Positions 21,641-22,185 of a stretch of DNA of 22,185 nucleotides are shown piece by piece. Below the pieces are notes generated by a model. That model searched no databases. It was not told where the DNA came from and saw only the letters and a program-made list of their open reading frames with translations. Source of the DNA: a virus (Duplodnaviria; Heunggongvirae; Uroviricota; Caudoviricetes); the IMG/VR virus record IMGVR_UViG_3300027608_000020; one strand, 5' to 3'. Numbering within the stretch: position 1 is the first letter of the stretch; each line of letters starts with the position of its first letter. The position numbers were made by a program, and so were the translations under genes.

Positions 21641-22185
21641 TTGACAAATAAAGAAACAGGATTAGACGCTATGGCAGGTGATGGCGGCTACAAAGAAGAA
21701 AAATATCTAGGCAATTACCTTCGCTTTAAAATGAAACGCGAAGGCAAACGTTTCTGGGCAGGTGATAATATTAGCGAGTATATTGACAATGAGCATGTTA
21801 AAGAACAGCTAATTGACGAAGCCGCAGAAGCATTTGAAACAGTGCTTGATCGATTACTTATTGATCGTGAGAACGATCCCAACTCAAAAGGCACAGCAAG
21901 GCGACTGGCTAAAATGTACTACAACGAAATTATGGGAGGTCGATATGATCCAGCACCAGACGCAACGGCATTCCCAAATGATAGTGAAGATAGGTACGAA
22001 GGTATGTTGGTTGTTCGCAGTGAGCTACGGTCCATGTGCTCTCATCATCACCAGCCTGTATCTGGGGTTGCCTACATCGGTATCATTGCCGCTAATAAAC
22101 TCATTGGTCTTTCTAAATATACTCGTATCGCACAATGGTGTGCTCGTCGAGGAACACTACAAGAAGAACTCTGCAACGACATTGC
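21641..22185 (+). CDS. folE: GTP cyclohydrolase I (3' truncated by window edge; absent from the supplied ORF track)
   Basis: RBS GGAGA 21630-21634, TTG start 21641, 181 open codons: ...DPNSKGTARRLAKMY...LRSMCSHHHQP (CSHH 22037-22048)...IGLSKYTRIAQWCARRGTLQEEL. Confidence 0.95.
   Translation, partial: MTNKETGLDAMAGDGGYKEEKYLGNYLRFKMKREGKRFWAGDNISEYIDNEHVKEQLIDEAAEAFETVLDRLLIDRENDPNSKGTARRLAKMYYNEIMGGRYDPAPDATAFPNDSEDRYEGMLVVRSELRSMCSHHHQPVSGVAYIGIIAANKLIGLSKYTRIAQWCARRGTLQEELCNDI

Noticed and set aside
1-22185. Stop-codon reassignment as in some large phages
   Set aside because: Long genes read through intact in the standard code, and TAA, TGA and TAG (21588-21590) all end genes at sensible positions.
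1-22185. tRNA genes and intrinsic terminators
   Set aside because: Intergenic gaps are under 100 nt; no cloverleaf or GC stem followed by a U-tract was found.

Overview
AT-rich window, densely coding on the + strand, from a large T4-related tailed dsDNA phage (inferred from a family-B DNA polymerase, a gp45-like clamp, ATAAATA late-promoter-like motifs and T4-style capsid-targeting N-termini). Standard genetic code; no tRNA, rRNA, CRISPR array, intein or IS element was seen. Three blocks. (1) 1-1489: 3' part of a phage clpA. (2) About 1500-11800: a late/virion block. At least five ORFs share an N-terminal M-[KRI]-[LIF]-x-[ED]-[LF] motif resembling the T4 internal-protein capsid-targeting signal. 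One is a 2,259-aa apparent polyprotein with Pol-beta-like nucleotidyltransferase, ATP-dependent-ligase-like and HxGH nucleotidyltransferase domains, plus small modules bounded by six copies of a DNA repeat (GGTGTGGCGGA, encoding GVAE). The block also holds dps and a methyltransferase-like gene. (3) About 11800-22185: a sigma70-promoter-driven replication and DNA-modification block with a DsbA-like protein, PolB (preceded by two hairpins with the same GCCATAAG loop), sliding clamp, TGT/DpdA-like transglycosylase, QueD-like T-fold protein, GT-B glycosyltransferase, short UDP-sugar dehydrogenase and a 5' part of folE that is missing from the supplied ORF track. Best candidates for a new system: the repeat-delimited, protease-processed, head-packaged enzyme polyprotein, and a 7-deazaguanine pathway interleaved with sugar-transfer genes. 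All family calls come from motif recognition by eye; no database searches were run.
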